DNA of 64,000 nt from Desulfosoma sp. (GCA_037481835.1 JBBFKW010000001.1:139503-203502); one strand, 5' to 3'; positions 43,933 to 53,966 are shown, numbered from the stretch's first letter. Numbers and translations are program-made. Notes: a model not told the origin generated them from the letters alone.

Positions 43933-45066
43933 TTAACACAGAAGATGTCGGTTGGCCAGGCGCACCCGCCGCAATCCGGCCCGCTGGGCCGCATCCAGGC
44001 ACGCTTCTGCCTCCTGCCGCGATGTGGTGGGAAAATCGTTCAGCACAAATTGCGGGGCAAAGCCCAATAGGGCATAGGGGATATCCGGATTGAGTTCCGC
44101 TATGAATCGCGCGATGCGCGACACTTCTTCTTCGCCCACATAGCCCGGCACAAGGAGCGTGCTGGCGATGAGCAATGGCGGATCGGGCCTCATGGAAAAA
44201 TATTGGGCCAGCTGCGCGAAGTTTTCCAGAACCTGGCGATTGTCCGTGCCGCATAGGGCCCGGTGGATATGCGGGTCCCAGGCCTTGAGATCCACCTTGA
44301 CACACCCGCCGGATTCCAAGGACAGCTGGACCATGGGGCGGAGCCAGCTGGGATGCATGCTCCCGTTGGTTTCCCAGCACACACGCAGCACGCCCCCCGA
44401 CCGGTTCTTCATCGCCTCCCGGGAAAAGCGCAGCGCAAAGGGCAACTGCGGCACGGGATCTCCGCCGAAAAAGCAAATGCAGGAAGTTCGATCCGTCACC
44501 GCGGGGAGCATCTCATCCACGGTCAGCCAGGGTTTTTCGTGCGCCGGCGTGCGCTTGAACGTCCAGTTCTGGCAATAGAGGCAGTTGAAATTGCACGCTT
44601 CGAAAAAGACCGCCAGGTTGTACCAACCCACTTCCGGGCCTTTGGTCATGCTGTATCTCGGATAGCCGACGCCCGTGCCGCCCGCGCACACCCAGTCGGC
44701 GACACAATTGGTGGGGATGGGATCGTGGTAGTAAGAGACCAGGGCGCGAAGCCGCCCGTCGAGACGCAAACTTTCCATATCCCCGGTGCGAATGCCGCAA
44801 TAGCCCGGTTCCCCGGCTTCCATGCGACACCGATGATGGCACAAGCTGCATTCCGCCCCGATCCGGGCCTTTGGGGCTTTCTCGGGCAAGAGAAAACGGG
44901 TCCGGGATTTTCGGTGCACCGCGTCCACCAAAGGTTCGGCACGGCCCCACTCATGGACCAGGCATCGAGCGCACACGCCGATTCCCGATCCTAGGCCGTC
45001 GATTTCGGCGCCGCAGACACCGCAGCGAAACCCTCGCCCTCTCCCGGTCAGCCAATGAAGCCCCAC
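43933..45066 (-). CDS. Radical SAM protein (PFL-activase/AmrS-like, Cys-rich N-terminus)
   Basis: CNFNCLYCQNW, FFGGDP, WETNG, VDLKA, STLLVPGY; N-terminal CxxC motifs. Confidence 0.88.
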   Translation of the reverse strand: MGLHWLTGRGRGFRCGVCGAEIDGLGSGIGVCARCLVHEWGRAEPLVDAVHRKSRTRFLLPEKAPKARIGAECSLCHHRCRMEAGEPGYCGIRTGDMESLRLDGRLRALVSYYHDPIPTNCVADWVCAGGTGVGYPRYSMTKGPEVGWYNLAVFFEACNFNCLYCQNWTFKRTPAHEKPWLTVDEMLPAVTDRTSCICFFGGDPVPQLPFALRFSREAMKNRSGGVLRVCWETNGSMHPSWLRPMVQLSLESGGCVKVDLKAWDPHIHRALCGTDNRQVLENFAQLAQYFSMRPDPPLLIASTLLVPGYVGEEEVSRIARFIAELNPDIPYALLGFAPQFVLNDFPTTSRQEAEACLDAAQRAGLRRVRLANRHLLC

Positions 45067-45172
45067 GGCCCCTCCCTCATCCCTCGATGTTACGCGGTCT
45101 TTTTTGGGAGTCTAGCCCATGAGGGAAAACACCGACAAGCCCGCTCCAGCCTTTTGTGCCCTGCACACGGCT

Positions 45173-46183
45173 TCAGCAGATCCGGGGCAGAGGTTCCCCG
45201 CGCAGCATATCCACAATGCGGTGCCCGCCGATACGCGTCTTCAGCACGACGCGGCCGGGATCATCGGGGATCACTTCCCCGATGAGGGCCGCTTCCCGCC
45301 CCAGGGGATGTCCCCGCATGACCTCCAACGCCCTATCCGTGTCTTCCCGGGGAAGCACCACCAGAACCTTGCCCTCGTTGGCCATGTAGAGCGGCTCCAG
45401 TCCCAGGATTTCGCACGCCCCCGCCACATCGGGTCGGATCGGCAGGTTTTCTTCGAAAAGCCGAATGCCCACCCGCGACTGGCGCGCGATTTCGTTGAGG
45501 GTCGTCGCCACGCCGCCTCGAGTGGGATCGCGGAACACATGGATGCGGGGACACGCCTCCAGAAGCGCCGCCGTCAGAGTATGGAGCGGTGCGGAATCGC
45601 TTCGGATGTCCCCTCCCATGGAAAGCCCTTCGCGCGTGCACAAAACGGCTGTGCCATGGTCGCCGATGGTTCCGTTGATCAGCACCGCATCGCCGGGTCT
45701 CGCATTTTGCCCGCCCACCGAAACGCCAGGAGGAACGATCCCCACGCCCGCCATATTGATGAAGATCTTGTCCGCCTTCCCCCGAGGAACCACTTTGGTG
45801 TCCCCAGCCACGACGGCCACATCGGCCTCACGGGCCGCTTCGGCCATAGAGCGGACGATGATTCCCAAAAGCGCCATCTCCAACCCTTCTTCCAGGATGA
45901 AGCCGGCCGTGAGGTACAAAGGCCGGGCGCCGCTCATGGCCAGGTCATTGATCGTCCCATGCACGGCCAGAGACCCGATGTCGCCACCGGGGAAAATCAG
46001 GGGATCCACCACGTAAGAATCGGTGGTGAGCGCCAGGCGCGGCCCGGGAAGATCCATAACGGCGCTGTCGTTCATGGCTTCGAGAAATGGGTTCTGAAAA
46101 AGCGGCGCAAACACTTGATGGATGAGTTCATGAGTCGCCCGCCCTCCGCTGCCGTGATCCAACAGCACCTTTGTTTCCTTCAC
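45173..46183 (-). CDS. hypE: Hydrogenase maturation protein HypE
   Basis: HGSGG, TTDSYVVDP, GDTKVV, RDPTRGG, ANEGK, C-terminal PRIC; start approximate. Confidence 0.97.
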   Translation of the reverse strand: MKETKVLLDHGSGGRATHELIHQVFAPLFQNPFLEAMNDSAVMDLPGPRLALTTDSYVVDPLIFPGGDIGSLAVHGTINDLAMSGARPLYLTAGFILEEGLEMALLGIIVRSMAEAAREADVAVVAGDTKVVPRGKADKIFINMAGVGIVPPGVSVGGQNARPGDAVLINGTIGDHGTAVLCTREGLSMGGDIRSDSAPLHTLTAALLEACPRIHVFRDPTRGGVATTLNEIARQSRVGIRLFEENLPIRPDVAGACEILGLEPLYMANEGKVLVVLPREDTDRALEVMRGHPLGREAALIGEVIPDDPGRVVLKTRIGGHRIVDMLRGEPLPRIC

Positions 46184-46259
46184 GTGTTCGACCCTTTCCG
46201 TGCCTTTGCGGTCCGCTTGTTCGCTTCCCCCCGTGAGCCCCATGGGATTGGGATTCGCT

Positions 46260-46703
46260 TCAGCGGCCGTCATGCAAGGTTTTACGCGGCAAGGCTTCCT
46301 GCTGCCCTCTTTTCATCAGGTAATAAGCAATGGCCAACCCCAAGGTGATGGCCGCCAACCCGATGATGCTCAAAGGAGTCTCTTTCTTGATGTCGAGGAT
46401 GATGATTTTACGGGCTACGGCGATGATGGCCACATTGAGAACCACCTCGAAGTGAGGCTGCTGCGGCGTGGCATACGTCTTGATCACGGTTTCTAAAAGC
46501 TCCAGGCCGATGAGCACGAGCAGAAACTGGCTGAAAAGTTCGAGGAGTTCGTCCACACTGAGCAGGAAATACGGCGGTGAGGAAAAGTCCACCCACAGCA
46601 GCCATGCAAGGTCCACGATGGTTGCCGTCAAGACAACGGCCATCATGACCATGAGCACCTGAAGGGCGATCCCTTCGAATCTTTGAATGATTCTGCTCAG
46701 CAT
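46260..46703 (-). CDS. PsiE-family membrane protein
   Basis: 4 TM segments; LLVLIGLELLET, AIIAVARKIIILD. Confidence 0.88.
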   Translation of the reverse strand: MLSRIIQRFEGIALQVLMVMMAVVLTATIVDLAWLLWVDFSSPPYFLLSVDELLELFSQFLLVLIGLELLETVIKTYATPQQPHFEVVLNVAIIAVARKIIILDIKKETPLSIIGLAAITLGLAIAYYLMKRGQQEALPRKTLHDGR

Positions 46704-46721
46704 GGGGGCCTTTCGGAATCT

Positions 46722-47849
46722 CTAGTATTTCTCCTCAATGTCCAGGTCGGGGCCATCGTAATGGTATTTGAAGTACGCGCCGCAGGTTCCTTCACTGGAA
46801 ACCATACACGGTCCTTTGGGACTTTGCGGGGTGCAGACCTTTCGAAACAGCGGACACCCCGTCGGACGCAGTGCCCCTCGGAGCACATCGCCGCAGCGGC
46901 ATGCCGGATCTTCCCGAACGCTGAGGCTCGGCACCGAAAACCGCTTGGCGGCGTCGAAACGGGCCCACTCGTCCCGAATCGCCAAGCCCGATCCGGCAAT
47001 GAGCCCCAAACCCCGCCAGACGGCGTCGGCCGGCTGAAACACCCGGGCCATGAGCTCCTGCGCGGCGGGGTTGCCGTCCCACGTGACTCCGCGCCGATAT
47101 TGAATTTCGACGCGGGCCTCGCGGGAGGCGCGCTGTTGGGCAAGCATGAGCAGCCCCTGCAGAATGTCCAGGGGTTCAAATCCCGTGACCACGCACGGCA
47201 TGTGATAGCGGTGCGCCACAGTCTCATAGGCTTTGGCGCCGATGACCGTGGTCACATGGCCGGGACACAGAAACCCGTCCAGATGGAGCTCCCCCGATGA
47301 CAGAAGTGCCTCCATAGCAGGGGGAAGAACCTTATGGACACAAAAAACCGAAAAATTATCGAGGCCCAACCGATTTGCCAAGGTGATCGCCGCAGCCACT
47401 GTGGGGGCGGTGGTTTCAAAGCCGATGCCGATGAAGACCACATGGCGATCGGGATGTTCCCGAGCCAGATCCACGGCGTCGGTGGCGCTGTAAACCATGC
47501 GTACATCGGCCCCTCGAGCCCTTTCCTCCGCCAACGACGTGCGTGAGCCCGGAACGCGGAGCAAATCGCCGAAGGTGGCCGTCACGACCCCGGGCTGCGA
47601 GGCAAACCAGACGGCTTTGTCGATATCTTCCGTGGCGGTCACACACACGGGACATCCGGGGCCGCTCACGAGCTCCACCGTAGATGGCAGAAGGGGGCGC
47701 AGGCCCGAGCGAAAGACGGCTACCGTGTGCGTTCCGCAAATTTCCATAAACCGCATGGGCCCCAGGCCGGCGCAGCGCTTCTTGAGCTGCGCGAGAAGCT
47801 GTCGCGCCAATGCGCCGTCCCGATATTCGTCGACGTATTTCAAGGCCAT
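46722..47849 (-). CDS. hypD: Hydrogenase maturation protein HypD
   Basis: MEICGTHT, GPGCPVC, GFETT, PGHV, CMVSSEGTC. Confidence 0.97.
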   Translation of the reverse strand: MALKYVDEYRDGALARQLLAQLKKRCAGLGPMRFMEICGTHTVAVFRSGLRPLLPSTVELVSGPGCPVCVTATEDIDKAVWFASQPGVVTATFGDLLRVPGSRTSLAEERARGADVRMVYSATDAVDLAREHPDRHVVFIGIGFETTAPTVAAAITLANRLGLDNFSVFCVHKVLPPAMEALLSSGELHLDGFLCPGHVTTVIGAKAYETVAHRYHMPCVVTGFEPLDILQGLLMLAQQRASREARVEIQYRRGVTWDGNPAAQELMARVFQPADAVWRGLGLIAGSGLAIRDEWARFDAAKRFSVPSLSVREDPACRCGDVLRGALRPTGCPLFRKVCTPQSPKGPCMVSSEGTCGAYFKYHYDGPDLDIEEKY

Positions 47850-47944
47850 CCATTCCCCCGTTCGTGATCTTTAAAGACCGGCATCGCACCCGATAGGAAT
47901 CGTCCGCGGGCGTCCGGATCCCCCCGGCCACGGTCCCGCGGCAT

Positions 47945-50374
47945 TCAAAGGGCGGAGCCGATCCCCTCGAGGACGCATCGGCCGACGTAGGCTTGCCCCA
48001 AGGAAATGCACGCATCGTTCGGCGGCACCTTTTCGTGGGTCAAAACGGTCCATCCCGCGTTTTTCAATAGGCTCACGAGAGCCGTGCTCACATAGATATT
48101 CTGAAACACCCCTCCGCTCAAAGCCACGGTCCGGAGGCCCGTTTCCTCCCTCAGTCTGTCCAAGAGGCGCCCCACCGCTTGGATGATGCCGTTATGAAAG
48201 CGGCACGCCGCAATTCCGGGAAGGCAGCCCCGCATGAGATCGTCGGCCGCCTCGGCCACCAAGGATCGGCTGTCCACCACCCAAAGGTCCCCGTCTTTGG
48301 CAAATTCGGCACCGTAAGCGCCCCGGTCTTGGCGTATGGATTGCTCCAATTCGATGGCGGCTTGGCCTTCGTAATGGATCCGATCCCGAAGCCCACACAG
48401 AGAAGCCATAACATCAAAAAGTCGTCCGCACGAGGAGGTCTGCGGCGTATGGATTCCTCGGGAAAGCATTTCGAGCACCCCGCGGCGCTCCCTTTCAGGC
48501 CAGCGGCTTGTAAAGCAGCCGTAGCGTTCTTCCACCCGCTCCCCCGCAAGCAGCCACAGGGCGGCCAAGGCCGTGCGCCACGGTTCCTTGACAGCCCGGT
48601 CCCCTCCGGGCAGGGGCACATGGGAAAATCGCCCCAGCCGGCGGCACACCGCCCCGTCCACATAGAGAAATTCGCCACCCCAGACGGTCCCATCGCCTCC
48701 ATAACCCGTGCCATCCAAGGCCACGCCCAGAATCGGGCCGTCCACCTGCCTTTCGGCCGCTACCGAAGCGATGTGGGCGTGGTGGTGCTGCACTCCGATC
48801 CGGTACATGGAAGAACCCCCGCCGGGAATGTCGATGTCCCTTCCGCTCTCGTCCCCCTCCCGCTCGGGAAGCGGCTCCGCATGGGCCTCAGCCCACTGGG
48901 TGCTGAGATAGTCGGGATGAAGGTCATGGACAATCAAGGTGGGCCGGACGTCCAAGATTCTTTGGAGGTGCTCGATGGTTTTTTCAAACGCGCGCAGGGT
49001 CTCCATGTTTTCCAGATCGCCGATGTGCTGGCTGACAAAGGCGTCCCGGCCCCGGGTGAGGCACACGGTGTTTTTGAGTTCGGCGCCTGTTCCTAGAACC
49101 ACGGAGCCCGCACGAGCGAGTCGCACCGGCACAGGGACGTAACCCCTGGCGCGACGTACGGGCATGACCCCGCCGGGCAGGATACGGGTCACGGAATCAT
49201 CGCAGCGGATGTAGATGTCGCGGTTGTGCATGAGGAAAAAATCGGCGATGCCGGAAAGGCGGTCCCGCGCTTCCTCGTTTTCCGTAACGATGGGTTCATC
49301 GCTTCGGTTGCCGCTGGTCATCACGAGGGCAGGATAGGCGCAGTCTTGAAAAAGCAGCACATGGAGCGGCGTATAGGGAAGAAAAACCCCAAGAAAGGCG
49401 TTCCGAGGAGCAACGGAGGGCGCTATGGGCGAAACCGACGGGGGAAGTCGGCTTCGTTTTCGGAGCAGGACGATGGGCCGTTCCTTCGAAAGGATGAGGC
49501 CCTCTTCTTCAGGGCTCGCATGGCATACGGCCCTCACCGCTTCCATGTCTCGAAACATGACGGCGAAAGGCTTTTCTTCCCGAATCTTTCGACGCCGCAA
49601 CCGAGAAACCGCGTCCTCGTCCGTCGCCAAAGCGGCCAAATGAAACCCGCCGAGCCCCTTCACGGCGACAATGCGGCCCTCGTGCAGACACCGGACCGCT
49701 TCCCGCACGGCATCGTCCCGCTCGGCAAGGATCCGGCCTCGAGCGTCTTCCAACCACACGCGGGGCCCGCATGCGGGGCAGGCGTTGGGTTGGGCATGGA
49801 AACGCCGGTTCGTCGGGTCTTCGTATTCGGCCCGGCACTCCGCGCACATGGGAAAACAAGCCATGGTCGTCTTGTTTCGATCATAAGGGATGTCTCGGAT
49901 GATGGTGTAGCGAGGCCCGCAGTTGGTGCAGTTGATGAAAGGATAACGATAGCGCCTGTCTTCGGGATCCAGGAGTTCCCGCATGCAGTCGGCACAGACG
50001 GCCGTATCCGGCGAGATGAGTGCCGTCCGGTGATGTGAGGCATCGCTTGGGATGATGCGAAAACCCGAAAGGCCTTGGCAGGGTTTGTCGAAAACCGCAA
50101 TGGAACTGATGCGGGCCAGGGGCGGAGCTTCACGGCGCAGGGTTTCCAGAAAGCCTTCCACCGCCCCGGAGGGTCCTTCCAGCTCCATTTCCACGCCCGT
50201 GGCGTCGTTTCGCACCCAGCCGTTCAGACCCCATCGGCAAGCCGCCTGATAGACGAAAGGGCGAAAGCCCACCCCTTGGACAATTCCTTCCACGCGGATC
50301 CCAACGCGCCGAAGAGCCGCCCCTAGGAAAGGCCTTTGTGCTCCCGAATTCGGGCTTCCAGCCACGCCGTCCAT
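47945..50374 (-). CDS. hypF: Carbamoyltransferase HypF
   Basis: GIVQGVGFRPF, Zn fingers, KGLGGFHL, QHHHAH, DGTGYG, SSCGRLFD, LSGGVFQN, PPND; start approximate. Confidence 0.97.
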   Translation of the reverse strand: MDGVAGSPNSGAQRPFLGAALRRVGIRVEGIVQGVGFRPFVYQAACRWGLNGWVRNDATGVEMELEGPSGAVEGFLETLRREAPPLARISSIAVFDKPCQGLSGFRIIPSDASHHRTALISPDTAVCADCMRELLDPEDRRYRYPFINCTNCGPRYTIIRDIPYDRNKTTMACFPMCAECRAEYEDPTNRRFHAQPNACPACGPRVWLEDARGRILAERDDAVREAVRCLHEGRIVAVKGLGGFHLAALATDEDAVSRLRRRKIREEKPFAVMFRDMEAVRAVCHASPEEEGLILSKERPIVLLRKRSRLPPSVSPIAPSVAPRNAFLGVFLPYTPLHVLLFQDCAYPALVMTSGNRSDEPIVTENEEARDRLSGIADFFLMHNRDIYIRCDDSVTRILPGGVMPVRRARGYVPVPVRLARAGSVVLGTGAELKNTVCLTRGRDAFVSQHIGDLENMETLRAFEKTIEHLQRILDVRPTLIVHDLHPDYLSTQWAEAHAEPLPEREGDESGRDIDIPGGGSSMYRIGVQHHHAHIASVAAERQVDGPILGVALDGTGYGGDGTVWGGEFLYVDGAVCRRLGRFSHVPLPGGDRAVKEPWRTALAALWLLAGERVEERYGCFTSRWPERERRGVLEMLSRGIHTPQTSSCGRLFDVMASLCGLRDRIHYEGQAAIELEQSIRQDRGAYGAEFAKDGDLWVVDSRSLVAEAADDLMRGCLPGIAACRFHNGIIQAVGRLLDRLREETGLRTVALSGGVFQNIYVSTALVSLLKNAGWTVLTHEKVPPNDACISLGQAYVGRCVLEGIGSAL

Positions 50375-50994
50375 GCCTCCAGCCCTTCCCCAGTGCGACA
50401 GGAAATATTGAAAATCTTTTGGGTGGGATTGAGGTGCCTCGCCCGTTCGTGGATGGCATTGACATCGCAGTCCACGTAAGGCAGAAGGTCCACCTTGTTG
50501 ACGAGGAGCACCGACGAGATCTGAAACATGAGGGGGTACTTCAGGGGTTTGTCGTCCCCTTCGGCGACGCTGAGGATCATCACCTTCTCGTGCTCGCCCA
50601 GGTTGAACTCGGCCGGACAGACCAGGTTCCCCACATTTTCAATGACGAGCACGTCCACCGGATCCAGGTCCAAGTTTTCCATGGCCGTGCGGATCATGTT
50701 GCCGTCCAGGTGGCAGGCTCCGTCCGTGTTGATCTGGACCGCCTGTACGCCTTTTCGCTGCAACCTTTCGGCATCGTAGGACGACTGGATGTCCCCCTCA
50801 ATGACGGCCATGGTGTACCGGCCCCGGAGGGCTTCCGCCGTCCGCTCCAGCACGGACGTCTTCCCGGCTCCGGGCGAACTCATGAGGTTGAGGACCAAGA
50901 TCTTTTTTTCGTCGAAAAGCTTTCGGTTTTCCCGCGCCAGCCGCTCGTTGACTTCCAAGATGTTTCGGATCACGGGAACCTTGATCTCCGTCAT
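50323..50994 (-). CDS. hypB: Hydrogenase nickel GTPase HypB
   Basis: SSPGAGKT, GACHLD, ENVGNLVCPA, EGDDKPLKYP, NKVD. Confidence 0.97.
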   Translation of the reverse strand: MTEIKVPVIRNILEVNERLARENRKLFDEKKILVLNLMSSPGAGKTSVLERTAEALRGRYTMAVIEGDIQSSYDAERLQRKGVQAVQINTDGACHLDGNMIRTAMENLDLDPVDVLVIENVGNLVCPAEFNLGEHEKVMILSVAEGDDKPLKYPLMFQISSVLLVNKVDLLPYVDCDVNAIHERARHLNPTQKIFNISCRTGEGLEAWTAWLEARIREHKGLS

Positions 50995-50998
50995 TTTG

Positions 50999-51364
50999 TC
51001 ACGCTCCGTCGTCTTTTCCTCGCCCTTCGATGGACATGACCGTCATTTCGCGGCCGCTAATGAGCGAAAGACCCGACACCACGGGGCCGCATTGAGGGCA
51101 CACGTCCATGCGGTCCTCCATTTCAAAAAGTTCCCCGCACAGGGGACACCGCAGGACTACGGGAACCGTTTCGATATCCAGCACGGCCTTTTCCGCCGGG
51201 GTTCCCTGAGCCACCACTTGAAAGCAAAAGGTCAAGGCGTCCGGGACCACGGCCGCCAGGGCCCCCACTTGCACGGCGATGCGGTCCACGGTGGCAATGC
51301 CGTGCCGACGGCATTCGTCAAGGACAATGTCCAAAACACTTTGGGCGATGGCCATTTCGTGCAC
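50999..51364 (-). CDS. hypA: Hydrogenase nickel chaperone HypA
   Basis: MHEMAIA, CPLC...CPQC, GRE. Confidence 0.96.
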   Translation of the reverse strand: MHEMAIAQSVLDIVLDECRRHGIATVDRIAVQVGALAAVVPDALTFCFQVVAQGTPAEKAVLDIETVPVVLRCPLCGELFEMEDRMDVCPQCGPVVSGLSLISGREMTVMSIEGRGKDDGA

Positions 51365-51473
51365 GGGGGTCTCTCTTCACGATTGTGCTGCCAAGGTCCA
51401 CGCCTATCGGCGCCTTTTCGCAAGGCATAGCGCACTTAACACAGCGCCGAAACCGGGTCAAGTTCGGCCCCGA

Positions 51474-51501
51474 AGAGCCGCCCTCCGGCGGCTTTTGTTT
51501 C
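51474..51501 (+). terminator. Terminator-like hairpin in the hypA/CDF divergent gap
   Basis: AGAGCCGCC-ctcc-GGCGGCTTT followed by TGTTTC. Confidence 0.45.
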
Positions 51502-51591
51502 GTCCCGTTCCGTGGTAAGCTCCGAGCGCTTTTTTCGGTGCCGAGCCCAATGCCCAAGGCCGATTTTGCCCCCGCTTCGAGGCGCACGCCT

Positions 51592-52569
51592 ATGGAAGAT
51601 CGAGCGCAACGCACTCGTTTGAAATCCATCAGCCTGTCCTTTGCCGTGGGCGTTTTCCTATTGGCCTTCAAATTCTATATCTATCACATCACGCGCTCGG
51701 CCGCGGTGCTTTCCGACGCTTTGGAATCCATCGTCAACGTCATCGCCAGCGCGTTCGCTCTGTGGAGCATTTACCTCGCTGCCAAGCCTCCCGATCCGGA
51801 ACATCCCTATGGCCACGGGAAAGTGGAATATTTCTCCGCGGGTTTCGAAGGCGCCTTGATCGTCGTGGCCGCTTTGGGCATCTTTTGGAGCGCCTGGAAG
51901 CAAATCCGCCAACCGCACCCCCTGCCCAATCTGGATTTGGGCCTGTGGCTCGTCCTCGCCACCAGCGCCGTCAACGGCGCCCTCGGGCTTTTCCTCATCA
52001 CGGTCGGCCGACGCACGCGATCCTTGCCGTTGGTCGCCGACGGCAAACACATCATGACCGATTGTCTGTCGTCTCTTGCCGTGGTGGTGGGACTCATCCT
52101 GGTCAAGCTCAGCGGCTGGTACTGGGTGGACGGCGCCGTGGCGGCGCTCGTCGGAGGGCAGATCCTCTTTTCCGGACGATCCCTCCTCAAGGAATCCTTC
52201 GCCGGCCTCATGGACGCCTCAGACCCCCAGCTCCTCGAGGAGATCTCCCAGCTGCTCAGCCGCAACCGAAAAAATCTCTGGATCGACATCCACAGACTGC
52301 GGGCGTGGCGTTCGGGACGGCACATCTACGTGGATTTTCACTTGATTCTTCCGCGCTTTCTGCCCCTCGTGGAAGCCCACAGGGAAGTGACCGAGTTGGA
52401 AAACCTGTTTCGCGTCCATTTCAAAGGCGCCGCCGAAGTATTCGTCCACATCGATCCCTGCCAGGATCCCAATTGCCCCATCTGCAGCATCCCCCAGTGC
52501 GCGTCCCGCAGCCATCCCAAGTCCCAATCCACCTTTTGGAATCACGGCCATTTGACCACAAGAGACTAA
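51592..52569 (+). CDS. Cation diffusion facilitator (CDF) transporter
   Basis: SAAVLSDALES, PPDPEHPYGHGKVEY, ADGKHIMTD, IHRLR, HIDPC. Confidence 0.94.
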   Translation: MEDRAQRTRLKSISLSFAVGVFLLAFKFYIYHITRSAAVLSDALESIVNVIASAFALWSIYLAAKPPDPEHPYGHGKVEYFSAGFEGALIVVAALGIFWSAWKQIRQPHPLPNLDLGLWLVLATSAVNGALGLFLITVGRRTRSLPLVADGKHIMTDCLSSLAVVVGLILVKLSGWYWVDGAVAALVGGQILFSGRSLLKESFAGLMDASDPQLLEEISQLLSRNRKNLWIDIHRLRAWRSGRHIYVDFHLILPRFLPLVEAHREVTELENLFRVHFKGAAEVFVHIDPCQDPNCPICSIPQCASRSHPKSQSTFWNHGHLTTRD

Positions 52570-52635
52570 AAAACCCCGAGGGCCCAAGGCCCCGCGGGGC
52601 TGAATCTCCGGGGGGTTAGGATGCCGAGGACTTTC

Positions 52636-53586
52636 CTAGAGCGAAGGAAGGATGGATTCGAGGATGTCTCCCGCCTTGAGTCCGTAGGTTTTGGCGAAAT
52701 CGGCGGCCCCCACCTTCCCGGCCTCTTTGCTCTGGACCCTTTTTACCAGAATCCTCCCGAGTCCCGCCTGCACCGTGAATCCATCATCGCCCACCTCCAG
52801 CACCTCGCCCGGCCTGTGCGTGGGCTTTTCCCACGGATCCTCGCCCATAGGAGCGGCTTCCAAAATTGTCACATTTTTCCCCTGCCACCGCGTGCTGGCG
52901 CCAGGCACGGGCGAAGCCCCCCGAACCAGATTGTGAACGGTCCACGCCGTCTGCCTCCAGTCGATGCCGGCATGCTCCGGTTTGAGGGCCGGCTGGAAGG
53001 ATGCCAGGCGGGGGTCTTGAGGAATCCGCGGCGCCTTGCCTTCGCGGATGAGGCGTACGGCTTCGGGGACGAGCTTGACGCCCAGCGGGTAAAGTTTGTT
53101 GAAGTAGAGGCTGGCCGTGGTGTCCTCCGGCGCGATGGGGACGGCTTCCTGCAAAACGATATCGCCCGTATCCACGCCGTCGTCGATGTAGTGGATCGTT
53201 ACGCCCGTTTCCCGCTCCCCGTTGATAAGGGCCCACGCGATGGCGCTGCCGCCCCGATACTTGGGAAGCAACGACGGATGATAGTTGATGCCGCCGTGAG
53301 TGGCCGCCTCAATGACATCCTTGCCCATATATTGAGTGACAAAGACCAGGACGAAAAGATCCGGCTTTTTGTCCTTGACCCATTCTAAAACCTCAGGCCC
53401 TTTGAGCGTGCGCGGCTGGATCAGGGGTAAGCCCCGCTCCACGGCCAATTCCTTAAAAGGATTGGGCTTCTTCGCACCGGGAACATCCGGTATGGTGACA
53501 GTTCCCACCACGTTCTCTCCGCGATCCAGCAAAGCCTGCAAGCAATCGCGCCCAAAAGGCGCCTGTCCAATGACGATCAGTCGCAT
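52636..53586 (-). CDS. Formyltransferase family protein (Fmt / 10-formyl-THF hydrolase-like)
   Basis: INYHPSLLPKYRG, GVTIH, DDGVDTGD, C-terminal Fmt_C region. Confidence 0.9.
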   Translation of the reverse strand: MRLIVIGQAPFGRDCLQALLDRGENVVGTVTIPDVPGAKKPNPFKELAVERGLPLIQPRTLKGPEVLEWVKDKKPDLFVLVFVTQYMGKDVIEAATHGGINYHPSLLPKYRGGSAIAWALINGERETGVTIHYIDDGVDTGDIVLQEAVPIAPEDTTASLYFNKLYPLGVKLVPEAVRLIREGKAPRIPQDPRLASFQPALKPEHAGIDWRQTAWTVHNLVRGASPVPGASTRWQGKNVTILEAAPMGEDPWEKPTHRPGEVLEVGDDGFTVQAGLGRILVKRVQSKEAGKVGAADFAKTYGLKAGDILESILPSL

Positions 53587-53966
53587 AATGTCCCTCCCGC
53601 CCACTATTTTTGGTGAAGATCGCTCATGTGACACTGTGCCTGTGACGGCCGCAGGGATCGGTGCACTTCGCCGCTCTCGTCGAAGGAGGGACGCCTCGGG
53701 AATTGGAAGGGAAGTGGCAATCGAAAAAGTCTTGAGGGCGCGGAACAGCAGGGGCACGGAAGGGCACACCGGCGGAGAACGGACCGTCACTGGGTTGTGT
53801 AAAACCTTATCAATCCGTTCGGACCCCTGCAAGAAAAATGAGGCCGCATCAGGCACCCCGCCGGGACATACCAAAACGAGTGACCGAAAAGCCGGGAATG
53901 GTTAAAGAAGTTCATGAAAAAACCGATAGCTTCAAACGACTCACAGCCTCAGGAGGTCTCGTTCTC

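Noticed and set aside
53587..53966. ZTP or THF riboswitch upstream of the formyltransferase
   Set aside because: Consensus elements were not found by eye on either strand.
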